From positions 6,253 through 70,252 of the forward strand of contig JAUMBF010000092.1 in NCBI GenBank assembly GCA_032115875.1: DNA of 64,000 bases. Direction: 5' to 3'. Positions 55,503 to 64,000 of this stretch are shown piece by piece; within the stretch, counting starts at the first letter, position 1, and the number at the start of each line of letters is the position of its first letter. This stretch comes from Rubrivivax sp. Lineage in GTDB: Bacteria; Pseudomonadota; Gammaproteobacteria; Burkholderiales; Burkholderiaceae_C. Made by a program: the position numbers and the translations under genes. The notes under the pieces were generated by a model. That model saw nothing but the letters and a program-made list of their open reading frames with translations. It had not been told where the DNA came from and searched no databases.

Positions 55503-56387
55503 TCAGGCCACTGCACGCAGCTTCGGCCCGGCGCGCAAGGACGGCGGCACCAGCCGTTCGGACTCGGCCCGCACCAGCGCGCGCAGCAAGGGTGCGCCGC
55601 GGCACGTGGGTACGGCGTCAATGGCAGCCTGCACCAGGCCCTCGAACTGCGCCAATGCGGCGTCCATGCCCCTTTCCAGCGCCACACTCGGGCGGCCGAG
55701 CGCGAGGTCCTGGCCGATCGGTTTGCCCAGCCACTCGGGCTGCGCGGCGACGTCCCGGATGTCGTCGGCCACCTGGTAGGCCTCGCCGAGACAATCGCCC
55801 AACGGCGCCCAGGCCTCGGGATCGCCTCCGGCAGCCAGCGCGCCGGCCCGCGTGGCTGCGGTGAACAGTGCGCCGGTCTTCAGCCGCTGGTACTCGCGCA
55901 ACGGTACCCGCGGCTCGCACTCCCAGGCCTGACCGGCAACGATGCCACCCGGCATGCCCACACCGGCAGCCACCGTGTGCAGCAGCGGAGCCAGGCGTGT
56001 GGGCTGCAGCGCGCCGGCCCGCGCCAGCGCACCAAAGGCGGTGACGATCAGCGCGTCGCCCGTCAGCACCGCCAGCCGCTCGCCATAGGCACTGTGCACC
56101 GACGCCTGCCCGCGGCGGATGGGCGCATCGTCGAAGCACGGCAGGTCGTCGTGCACCAGCGAAGCGCAGTGCAGCAGTTCCACCGACACCGCCGCGGCAT
56201 CGGCCAGCGCAGGCGCATCGTCACCGCAGGCCCGGGCCACCGCCAGCGCCAGCTGTGGCCGGATGCGGGCGCCACCGGGGAACACCGCATGCTGCACCGC
56301 CGCCTGCAGCCGCGGCGGGCAGCCCGCGCCCGCGGCGGTGTCGAGCGCAGCGCGCAGGGCTTGTTCGATCCGGGCTTGGGTCGGCAT
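55503..56387 (-). CDS. crtE: Geranylgeranyl diphosphate synthase
   Basis: PGGARIRP, SLVHDDLPCFDD, GQAWE, KTGALF, YQVADD; GGAG RBS. Confidence 0.95.
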   Translation of the reverse strand: MPTQARIEQALRAALDTAAGAGCPPRLQAAVQHAVFPGGARIRPQLALAVARACGDDAPALADAAAVSVELLHCASLVHDDLPCFDDAPIRRGQASVHSAYGERLAVLTGDALIVTAFGALARAGALQPTRLAPLLHTVAAGVGMPGGIVAGQAWECEPRVPLREYQRLKTGALFTAATRAGALAAGGDPEAWAPLGDCLGEAYQVADDIRDVAAQPEWLGKPIGQDLALGRPSVALERGMDAALAQFEGLVQAAIDAVPTCRGAPLLRALVRAESERLVPPSLRAGPKLRAVA

Positions 56388-56439
56388 GGTGGCAAGCTCC
56401 TGGGATGCCCGAGCGTCATGCACGCTTGTCGCATCCATT

Positions 56440-56457
56440 TGTCAATTTTAATGGACA
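56440..56457. promoter_or_regulatory. PpsR box upstream of crtE
   Basis: TGTCAATTTTAATGGACA, exact TGT-N12-ACA. Confidence 0.82.
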
Positions 56458-56566
56458 CAGCATAGACACTGAGCAGGTCGCCGTCAATGCGCGCGAACGT
56501 TGAAGCCGACGCCGCCATCCGGGGCGCGAGGCGACCTCCTTGGCCAGCCGGCCACGGGCCCGGCGT

Positions 56567-57451
56567 TCAGTGCGACAGGAGCAGGCGCTCGATCAGCGCC
56601 GACACCGCGGCCGGCGATTCCTCGTGCGCCAAGTGCCCGAGCCCCGGCAACCGGTGCACCGACGCACCCGGCACGCGCGCCGCCACGGCTTCGGCCTGGG
56701 CAGGGGGCACGGCGGCATCGTTGTCGGCAGCCACCAGCTGCAGCCGCGTGCCAATGGCCGGCAAGCGGGGCAGATCGCGCAGCAGCGGCGCAAGGTCCCA
56801 GGCGGCCATCATGGCGATGACCGCACCGACGTGCCCGGTGTCGCCGGCCAGCCGCGCGTAGTGCGCGCGGCTGCCGGCATCCAGCGAGGAGCCCGTGCCG
56901 CGCAACAGCCGGTCCAGGGCGGCCGGGCGGGCGGCATGCCAGGAGAACAGGGCCGGGGCCAGAGGATTCAGTGCCAACAGACGCGCCAAGGGCGCGTACC
57001 ACCATCCGGCACTGCCGCCGGGCGGGAACCACGCGCCGTTGAGGCTGACCAGTGTCCGGGGCCGAGCCAGACCGTCGAGAACCAGGCGGGCGCCGATGGC
57101 GGCCCCGGCGCTGTGGCCCACGACGGCGTCGGGTGCCACGTCCAGCGCCTTCAGCAGCGCCCCCAGCCGCGCCGCCATGCCCGGCAGCGACAAACCCTCG
57201 ACGCGGGGACGCTGCGTGAAGGCGTGGCCGGGCAGATCGGGGACGATCAGGCCATGGCGTCGCGACAGGTGCTCCACCAGGCCGGCGTAGGAGTGTGTCG
57301 ACGCGCCCGTGCCGTGCAACAGCAGCAGCCAAGACGCACCCGGATGGGGTGGCGCCCAACGCTGCACATGCCAGCGCAGACCGCCAGCGTCGACCCGCGT
57401 GCTGTGGTCCGCATGGGGCCAGTCAGCGGGCAGGCGGGGGCGTGCGCCCAT
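56567..57451 (-). CDS. bchO: Alpha/beta hydrolase BchO
   Basis: LLHGTGASTHS, PDLPGH, GHSAG, GHLAHEE; follows bchID. Confidence 0.9.
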   Translation of the reverse strand: MGARPRLPADWPHADHSTRVDAGGLRWHVQRWAPPHPGASWLLLLHGTGASTHSYAGLVEHLSRRHGLIVPDLPGHAFTQRPRVEGLSLPGMAARLGALLKALDVAPDAVVGHSAGAAIGARLVLDGLARPRTLVSLNGAWFPPGGSAGWWYAPLARLLALNPLAPALFSWHAARPAALDRLLRGTGSSLDAGSRAHYARLAGDTGHVGAVIAMMAAWDLAPLLRDLPRLPAIGTRLQLVAADNDAAVPPAQAEAVAARVPGASVHRLPGLGHLAHEESPAAVSALIERLLLSH

Positions 57452-57463
57452 CTCGCCGGCCCC

Positions 57464-59272
57464 TCAAGGCGCCTGCGGTGCCCGCAGCACCGACTGCACA
57501 GCGCCGCTCAGCGCGTGCGCGTCGGCCTGTGGCAGCGCCAGGTAGCGGGCACCCATGGCCAACGCCAACGCCGCCGCAGCCGGCTCGGGCCGCACCGAGG
57601 TGTCCACCAGCAGGCAGCGCACGCGCAGGGCACGCAGACGGTGGGCCGCGGCCAGTGCGTCTGCGGCCGCCTGAGTGCGCCCGCCCTGCCCGCCGAGCGC
57701 AACGTTGGCGCGGCCGTCGGTGAGCAGCACCACGAACGGCAACGCGCCTTCACGCTGCACCTGCGAGGCCACGCGCAGTGCCATCTCGATGCCCGCCGCC
57801 AGCGGCGTGCCGCCACCGCCCGGCAGGCCGGCCAGCGAACGCCGCGCGCGCACCAGCGAGCGCGTGGGCGGCAGCAGCAGCTCGGCACCGCTTCCGCGGA
57901 AGGCCAGCACGGCCACTTCGTCGCGCCGCACATAGCATTCGGCCAGCAGCAACTCGACAGCGCCTTTGGCTTCGGCGAGGCGATGCAGGGCGGCCGAGCC
58001 AGACGCGTCGACCGCAAACACCGTGGTCGTGCCGCGCTTTTCAGCGTAGCGGCGCACATGGAAGTCGTCGGGCCGGACGTGCACGCGCGGGCCTTCAGCA
58101 CGGCCCGCTTGCGCGGCCCAGGCCCGGCGGCGCAGCGGCTGCCAGGGCGCGGCGGCCCGCAGCGTGGCCACCAGGTGCAGCCGCGCGCCGTGCATCGGCG
58201 GGCCGCGGCGCGCGCCCAGCGGCCGCCCGCGGCTGCGCGAGACCTGCGTGGCGCCGGCCTTGCCCCCGCGCGCCGAGCGCGCACGCGCGGCATCGCCGTG
58301 CAGCAGCTGCGCCAAAAGGCCGGCCGGGATGGCGGCGGTGGCGGCATCGAGCACGCGGTCCTCGAGCGGCGTCGTTTCTTCGTGCGATGACGCGGGGGAT
58401 TCGCCCGGCGGTGGTGATGCGGCTTCGTCGGGCGGCGGGGCCGGTGGCGGGGTCTGCTCGGCGGTCTCGTCAGCCCGCTCGGGTGGCAGCCGCGTCGCGC
58501 GCGGGGCGAGCACCAGCGCTGCGGCGCGGTCGGCGTCCTCGGCGTCGGCCACCCCCCTGCCGAACAGCGCCGCAGAGGCCCGCGCCAGCCGCACCGCGGC
58601 CCAGGCGGCGCGCGGCGAATCGACGCCCAGCACGAGCGTGGCCGCGGCCAGCGCAGCCACCAGTTCGTCGGGTACCTGCACCGTGGCAACGCGGCGACGC
58701 GCCTCGGCCACGGCTTCGACCCAACCAGCCACGTCGGCGGCTTGCGGCGCGTCGCGCCAACCCAGGCCGCGCAAGGGCAGCCACAAAGCCAGTCGGTCGG
58801 CCAAGGCGGCCGCCATCGGGCTGTCGTCACCCTCGGCCTCGTCGAGGGCGAGCAGTGCAAAGCCGGCGGGCACAACGGCGCTCAGGCCGTCGCGCTCGAC
58901 GCGCAGCGTGCCGCTGTCCAGCGCCGCGGCCACTTGCGCCGCGGTGCCCGTGGCCAGCCGCTCGGCCATCGCGGCCACGACGATGCCACCGTCAGCCGCG
59001 GCCAGCAGCCCCTGCTGCAGCACCGCGCGGCCGCTGGCAAGCGTGGCCTGCAGATCCAGGCCGCCGGCCAGGCGGTCTTCACCGGCGTGCTGCGGCAGCC
59101 GCCGCCAAGGCATGCCTGGTGGCAGCAGCGCGCGCAGCGCGCCGAGCCAGGCGTCGCGCACAGGGCCGGCCGGGCCCATCAGGCGCGCACCCCCGAGGCC
59201 ACGTGGATCGACGGCCAGCAGCGCTGCCGCCAGGGCCAGGTCCTGGCCGGCGGGCTCGCGTGCGTCGGCCAT
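57464..59272 (-). CDS. bchD: Magnesium chelatase subunit D
   Basis: GGLDLQATL, Pro/Glu linker, vWA VDASGS, GGGTPLA, LTDGRAN. Confidence 0.95.
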   Translation of the reverse strand: MADAREPAGQDLALAAALLAVDPRGLGGARLMGPAGPVRDAWLGALRALLPPGMPWRRLPQHAGEDRLAGGLDLQATLASGRAVLQQGLLAAADGGIVVAAMAERLATGTAAQVAAALDSGTLRVERDGLSAVVPAGFALLALDEAEGDDSPMAAALADRLALWLPLRGLGWRDAPQAADVAGWVEAVAEARRRVATVQVPDELVAALAAATLVLGVDSPRAAWAAVRLARASAALFGRGVADAEDADRAAALVLAPRATRLPPERADETAEQTPPPAPPPDEAASPPPGESPASSHEETTPLEDRVLDAATAAIPAGLLAQLLHGDAARARSARGGKAGATQVSRSRGRPLGARRGPPMHGARLHLVATLRAAAPWQPLRRRAWAAQAGRAEGPRVHVRPDDFHVRRYAEKRGTTTVFAVDASGSAALHRLAEAKGAVELLLAECYVRRDEVAVLAFRGSGAELLLPPTRSLVRARRSLAGLPGGGGTPLAAGIEMALRVASQVQREGALPFVVLLTDGRANVALGGQGGRTQAAADALAAAHRLRALRVRCLLVDTSVRPEPAAAALALAMGARYLALPQADAHALSGAVQSVLRAPQAP

Positions 59273-59300
59273 GGTCGGCTGGCGGCTGCAGGCGGCCCGT

Positions 59301-60338
59301 TCAGGCGGCCGCGGCCCGCGGAGCGCCGAAGACCTCGGCCAGCACACGCTCGACACGCGCGCCGGCGTCGGTGTCGTCCAAGGGGTCGCGGCGCAGGCGG
59401 TGGCGCAGCGCGGGCCGGGCGATGGCGTGGACGTGCGCATCGGAAACCGCCGCATCGCCCTGCAGCGCTGCAAAGGCCCGTGCCGCGCGCATGAGCGTCA
59501 ACTCGCCGCGCAGACCATCGGTGCCCAGTGCGGTGCAGAGACTGGCGATGCGCAACAGTGCGGCATCCCCCAGGCTCACGTCGGCCAGCCGCTGGCGTGC
59601 ACGCACGAGGCGGCGGCGCGTGGCGTCCTCATCCTTTTTCCAGCGAGAGGCGAAGGACTCAGGATCGCGCTCGAAGGCGTCGCGGCGCTTGATGACCTCG
59701 ATGCGCGTGGGCAGGTCCTGCGGCGTGCGCACGTCCACCGCCAGGCCAAAGCGGTCGAGCAACTGCGGGCGCAGTTCGCCCTCCTCAGGGTTGCCGCTGC
59801 CCACGAGCACGAAGCGCGCGGGGTGGCGCACCGACAGGCCCTCGCGCTCGACGACGTTCTCGCCCGACGCGGCGACGTCGATCAGCAGGTCGACGAGGTG
59901 GTCTTCCAGCAGGTTGACCTCGTCGATGTACAGGAAGCCGCGGTTGGCACGGGCCAGCAGCCCAGGCTCGAAATGCTTCGTGCCCTCGGTGAGGGCGCGC
60001 TCGATGTCAAGCGCGCCGACGACGCGGTCTTCGGTGGCGCCCAGCGGCAGGTCGACGACCGGCACGCCCACGGGCGCGCTCTTGCCGCCGATTCGGCCAG
60101 CGCAAGGCTCGGCCTTGCTGCAAAACGGACGCGCAGGGTCACAGCCATAACGGCAGCCGACGACGGCCTTCATCCTGGGCAGCAGCGCCGCCAGGGCCCG
60201 CACCGCGGTGCTCTTGCCGGTGCCGCGATCGCCGAAGATCAGCACGCCGCCGACGGCGGGATCGACCGCGGCGACAAGGATCGCGAGCTTCATCTCGTCC
60301 TGACCGACGATGGCGCTGAAGGGGAAGGCGTGGTTCAT
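59301..60338 (-). CDS. bchI: Magnesium chelatase subunit I
   Basis: FPFSAIVGQ, GDRGTGKST, YIDEVNLL, GNPEEGELRPQLLDRFG. Confidence 0.97.
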   Translation of the reverse strand: MNHAFPFSAIVGQDEMKLAILVAAVDPAVGGVLIFGDRGTGKSTAVRALAALLPRMKAVVGCRYGCDPARPFCSKAEPCAGRIGGKSAPVGVPVVDLPLGATEDRVVGALDIERALTEGTKHFEPGLLARANRGFLYIDEVNLLEDHLVDLLIDVAASGENVVEREGLSVRHPARFVLVGSGNPEEGELRPQLLDRFGLAVDVRTPQDLPTRIEVIKRRDAFERDPESFASRWKKDEDATRRRLVRARQRLADVSLGDAALLRIASLCTALGTDGLRGELTLMRAARAFAALQGDAAVSDAHVHAIARPALRHRLRRDPLDDTDAGARVERVLAEVFGAPRAAAA

Positions 60339-60351
60339 CGCGGCCTGGGAG

Positions 60352-60369
60352 TGTCAACTTCAATATACA
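60352..60369. promoter_or_regulatory. PpsR box upstream of bchI
   Basis: TGTCAACTTCAATATACA, exact TGT-N12-ACA. Confidence 0.82.
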
Positions 60370-60408
60370 CGACGGCAAGTCTGCGCATCCGACGGAGAGC
60401 CCGCTCCT

Positions 60409-62430
60409 TCAGGAGTCCAGGTCCAACGGAGGGCGCCACTGCGATGTCGGCACCTCGCGCGAACGGCCGGTGAGAAGACCCAGCGCCAGAGCAACCACGC
60501 CGATGGCGGCCACGGTGCCCAGCGGCGCAGCCAGCTCACCCTCGAAGGCACCGAACAGGCTGACGCGGAACGCCCGCACCACCCAAGACAACGGCAGATA
60601 GGGGTGGATGGCCTGGAACTCCGCATCGGACAACTCGATGGGCAGCAGGGCGCCGGCCGCCGACACCTGCACCACCAGCAGCAGCACGGCGATCACCTTG
60701 CCCAGATCACCGAGCAGGCGCACCAGCGCGAACACCAAGGCCAGGAAGGTGGCCGACGCCACGAGCAGCGTCGCCGCAAAGTCCACCGGCGCGACCAGCG
60801 GCACCTGCAGCACGCCGCGCAACAGCGCCAGCATCAACAGCGCCTGCAGCAGCACCGCCGCCAACGGCAGCATCAGCTTGGCCGCGCCCACCTGCCAGGT
60901 GGGCGCCATACCCAGCGGCTCGGGTACGCGGCGCCAGTGCACCAGAAACGCCGCCATCACCGCGCCCACCCACAGCGCCAGCGGCACGAAGTTCGGTGTC
61001 AGCGCCGTTCCGTGGTTGGGCACCGGCGCGGCCACCTCGATGCGTGGCTCCACCGACAGCGCCAGCCCCTGCGCACTGCCACCCGGCGCGTCCACGCCAC
61101 CGGGCAGGCTGCCGCGCACGAGGCCGATGCCGGCGGCGAGGCGGTCGGCGCCGTCGCCAAGTTGGGCCAGGCCGGTCTGCAGCAGCTGCTGGCCCGAGGC
61201 CAGCTGGCGCAGGCCGACGTTCAAGGACTCCTGGCCCCGCACGAGCTCGCGGGCCCCGTCGATGAAGCTCTCGAGCCGAGCGTCGTCGGGAAGGCGCGCC
61301 AGCACCGGCGCGAGCGCTGCGCCAGCACGCTGCGTGCCCTCGGCCAGCGCGGCGACGCCATCCTCCAGACGCTCGGCACCGCCAAGCAGGCGGGCCTGAC
61401 CGGCCACGGCCTGACCAAGCCCGCTGACGAGCTGGCCGGCACCGTCTTCCAGCGGCACGATGCCTTCCACGAGACGGCTACCGAACAGAGGTACCTCGTC
61501 GGCCGCGGTCTTGAGCGTGCCCAGGCCGGCCTCGAAACGCCGAGCCCCGGCCGCGAGCCCGCCAAGCCCCCGCCCGAGCTCCTGGTGCCCCTCGACCAGG
61601 GCCCGCGCGCCGCCGCGCAGCGCCAGCAGATCCGCATCGGAGGGCCGTGCGCGGTCGAGGCCCCTCAGCACGGGCCCAATCTGGCGCAGCCCGGCTGCAA
61701 GCTGCTGCGCGCCCTCGTTGAGCTGCGTGGCCCCGGCCCGCAGGCCCTGCGATCCATCGGCCGCCGCCGCTGCGCCATGGGAAAGCCGCGCCCCACCTTC
61801 GCGCACGCGCGCCACGCCTGCGGCAAGCTCGGCGCTGCCGCCGTGCAGGTCGGTCAACGCACCGCGCAGCGCCTCGAGGCTGCGTTGAGAGCCGGCGGCT
61901 GTGGACAGCACCAGCTCCCAGCGGGCCTCGCTGAGCATGGTGTTGACGCGCTGCGCCACCTCAGGGGCGAAGCGCCTTGCCAACCCGGCGCTGGCGTAAT
62001 GGTTGCCTTCGCTGGTGTAGATCGTCAGCTTGGCGGCGCCGGGCAGTTCCGCTGGCAGGGCGCTGCGGCTGAAGTCCCGCGGCAGCTCGAGACTGAAGGC
62101 CAGCAGGCCGCGACGCACATCGCGGCGAGCCTGCTCGGGATCGTCGTAACGCAGGTAGCGGAACTGGCCGTGCCGCCGGATGGCCTCAATGACCTCGGTG
62201 CCGAGATTCAGCGAGCGGTCGCGGTAGTGTGCGCCTTCGTCCAGGTTGACCAGCGCGGCAGGCAGCTCCCGCGTGTGCGACGCGGGATCCCACATCGCCT
62301 TCAGGTAGATGAAGGCGTAGAGCGCCGGCACCAGCAGCACACCCCCGAAGGCGATCGCCAGCCGCCGGTGGCGGCGCATCAATCGCCACTCGGCGTACAG
62401 GACTTGCAGAAAGGGGGAGGCTGTCGACAA
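60409..62430 (-). CDS. YhgE/Pip family membrane protein
   Basis: VPALYA...AMWDP...LPAALVNLDEG N-terminal motif, L-x-x-G-A-x-x-L helical repeats, PNHGTALTPNFVPLALWVG and 5 C-terminal TMs; TTG start uncertain. Confidence 0.85.
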   Translation of the reverse strand: MSTASPFLQVLYAEWRLMRRHRRLAIAFGGVLLVPALYAFIYLKAMWDPASHTRELPAALVNLDEGAHYRDRSLNLGTEVIEAIRRHGQFRYLRYDDPEQARRDVRRGLLAFSLELPRDFSRSALPAELPGAAKLTIYTSEGNHYASAGLARRFAPEVAQRVNTMLSEARWELVLSTAAGSQRSLEALRGALTDLHGGSAELAAGVARVREGGARLSHGAAAAADGSQGLRAGATQLNEGAQQLAAGLRQIGPVLRGLDRARPSDADLLALRGGARALVEGHQELGRGLGGLAAGARRFEAGLGTLKTAADEVPLFGSRLVEGIVPLEDGAGQLVSGLGQAVAGQARLLGGAERLEDGVAALAEGTQRAGAALAPVLARLPDDARLESFIDGARELVRGQESLNVGLRQLASGQQLLQTGLAQLGDGADRLAAGIGLVRGSLPGGVDAPGGSAQGLALSVEPRIEVAAPVPNHGTALTPNFVPLALWVGAVMAAFLVHWRRVPEPLGMAPTWQVGAAKLMLPLAAVLLQALLMLALLRGVLQVPLVAPVDFAATLLVASATFLALVFALVRLLGDLGKVIAVLLLVVQVSAAGALLPIELSDAEFQAIHPYLPLSWVVRAFRVSLFGAFEGELAAPLGTVAAIGVVALALGLLTGRSREVPTSQWRPPLDLDS

Positions 62431-62464
62431 GGCTCCACCATAACCGCATCGGCCCAGAAAGACC

Positions 62465-62486
62465 GACGGCACCCGAGGGTGCCGCC
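62465..62486 (-). terminator. Hairpin downstream of tRNA-Val
   Basis: CGGCACCC-GA-GGGTGCCG followed on the minus strand by TCGGTCTTTCT. Confidence 0.55.
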
Positions 62487-62523
62487 TGTTGCCTGGAAAC
62501 TCACTGGCCGCACGGGCCGATGC

Positions 62524-62598
62524 TGGTGGGCGGTGCAGGGTTCGAACCTGCGACCCCTGCCGTGTGAAGGCAGTGCTCTACCGCTGAGCTAACCGCCC
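62524..62598 (-). tRNA. tRNA-Val (CAC)
   Basis: GGGCGGTTAGCTCAGCGGTAGAGCACTGCCTT-CAC-ACGGCAGGGGTCGCAGGTTCGAACCCTGCACCGCCCACCA, 75 nt, encoded CCA. Confidence 0.97.
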
Positions 62599-62636
62599 GG
62601 AATCTGCGGACACACCGTGGCCCGGGAAGCCGAGGA

Positions 62637-63368
62637 TTATGCCACGGCCGAGGGCGGCTCGGTCGGACGCCATACCGCGCCCTGCTTGCACGCCTTGTCC
62701 AGCCCGCGCAGCAAGTCGTCATGTGCCCTCCGTTCAGCGGCGCTCGCTTGGAGCAGCGGCAGCACGAGGGCGCGCAGCTCGGTCGAAGCCTCCTCGCTGC
62801 GCACCCCCCCCGGGGGCGATGCCCCGTCGGCGGAATCGATGACCAGCGTGTCCTGCCCACGCGTCATCGCCAGGTAGGCCTGTGCCAGCAGGTCGGCATC
62901 GATCAGCGCCCCGTGAAGGTCGCGCCGGGAGGTGTCGACCCCCAGCCGCCGGCACAGCGCATCCAGCGAATTGCTCTTGCCCGGGTACAGCTCGCGGGCC
63001 ATGAGCAGGCTGTCGGTGACCTGCACACAGTGCTGCGAGAAACGCGGGCGGCCCAGCCGGGCAAGCTCGGCATCGAGAAAGGCAAGGTCGAAAGCGGCGT
63101 TGTGGATGATCACCTCGGCACCGTCCACGAAGGCCAGCAGTTCGTCGACCACGACCGCGAACGGTGGCTTGTCGGCCAGGAAATCGTCAGTAATGCCGTG
63201 CACCCGCACCGCGTCAGGGTGGCTGCTGCGCCCGGGGTTCACGTAGTGGTGGAAGCGGCGATCGCTGCAACGGCGGTTGTCGAGCTCGATGCACGCGACC
63301 TCGATGATGCGATCGCCCTGCTCGGCCGACAGGCCGGTGGTTTCGGTGTCGAGGAAGATCTGGCGCAT
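62637..63368 (-). CDS. dnaQ: DNA polymerase III epsilon subunit
   Basis: FLDTETTG, IHNAAFD, NSLDALC, HGALIDA, MTRGQ. Confidence 0.96.
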   Translation of the reverse strand: MRQIFLDTETTGLSAEQGDRIIEVACIELDNRRCSDRRFHHYVNPGRSSHPDAVRVHGITDDFLADKPPFAVVVDELLAFVDGAEVIIHNAAFDLAFLDAELARLGRPRFSQHCVQVTDSLLMARELYPGKSNSLDALCRRLGVDTSRRDLHGALIDADLLAQAYLAMTRGQDTLVIDSADGASPPGGVRSEEASTELRALVLPLLQASAAERRAHDDLLRGLDKACKQGAVWRPTEPPSAVA

Positions 63369-63378
63369 GGTGGGCATG

Positions 63379-64000
63379 CTAGGCGTGTGAGCGGCGGGCG
63401 CACCACAGCCACAGCGCCACACCGGCGGCGATCATCGGCAGGCACAGCCACTGGCCCATGCTCAGGCCCAGCGCCAGGATGCCCAGGAAGCTGTCGGGCT
63501 CGCGGAAGAACTCGGCCACAAAGCGCAGCACGCCGTAGCCCACCAGGAAGGCCGCCGCGACCTGCCCACGCGCACGCTCGCGCTGGCCGTACCACCACAG
63601 CAGCGCGAACAGCAGCAGACCCTCGAGCAAGAACTGGTAGAGCTGCGAGGGGTGGCGCGGCAGCGCGTTGCCGCTCTGCGGGAACACCACCGCCCACGGC
63701 AGCGCGGAGTCGGCAGCGCGACCCCAGAGCTCGCCGTTGATGAAGTTGCCGATACGGCCCGAGGCCAGGCCCGTGGGCACGCAGGGGGCCACCACATCCA
63801 TCATCTCCAGGAACGGCCGCCCCCGAGCGCGCGCCCACAGCGCCAGCGAGACGATGACGCCCAGCATGCCGCCGTGAAAGCTCATGCCGCCCTTCCAGAG
63901 CATGAGTATCTCCAGCGGGTTGTCCAGGTACTGGCCGGGCTTGTAGAACAGGGCGTAGCCCACGCGGCCGCCGACAACGACGCCGATCACGCCCCAAAAC
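63379..64000 (-). CDS. lgt: Prolipoprotein diacylglyceryl transferase (5' end outside window)
   Basis: [47 protein letters not shown]. Confidence 0.96.
   Translation of the reverse strand, partial: FWGVIGVVVGGRVGYALFYKPGQYLDNPLEILMLWKGGMSFHGGMLGVIVSLALWARARGRPFLEMMDVVAPCVPTGLASGRIGNFINGELWGRAADSALPWAVVFPQSGNALPRHPSQLYQFLLEGLLLFALLWWYGQRERARGQVAAAFLVGYGVLRFVAEFFREPDSFLGILALGLSMGQWLCLPMIAAGVALWLWCARRSHA

Overview
GC-rich betaproteobacterial (Burkholderiales, Rubrivivax-like by protein similarity) chromosomal window. Positions ~15-60.4 kb hold a compact anoxygenic photosynthesis gene cluster (PGC). It has three blocks: a minus-strand block ppaA-ppsR / bchG-bch2-bchP plus a truncated ppsR paralogue; a plus-strand run bchFNBHLM-lhaA-puhABC-acsF-puhE-crtIB-orf; and a converging minus-strand run bchIDO-crtEF-bchCXYZ-pufB-orf-pufALMC-crtADC-pucBAC-orf. 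Six PpsR-type (TGT-N12-ACA) operator regions were read directly from the sequence. The flanks are housekeeping genes (DEAD helicase, FKBP, gluQ, internally deleted LysR, pirin, MesD-like methionine synthase, peptidases, aat/bpt, YhgE/Pip, tRNA-Val, dnaQ, lgt). The most notable observations are: (1) the reaction-centre tetraheme cytochrome PufC carries an in-frame C-terminal OmpA-like (peptidoglycan-binding family) domain; (2) a PpsR N-terminal-only paralogue ends a PpsR-controlled operon; (3) LH2 has blue-shift substitutions in both subunits (alpha F44/L45, beta Gln for Arg at -10); (4) several small unannotated membrane proteins lie inside the puf, puc and crt operons. All family calls come from motif recognition by eye; no searches were run.
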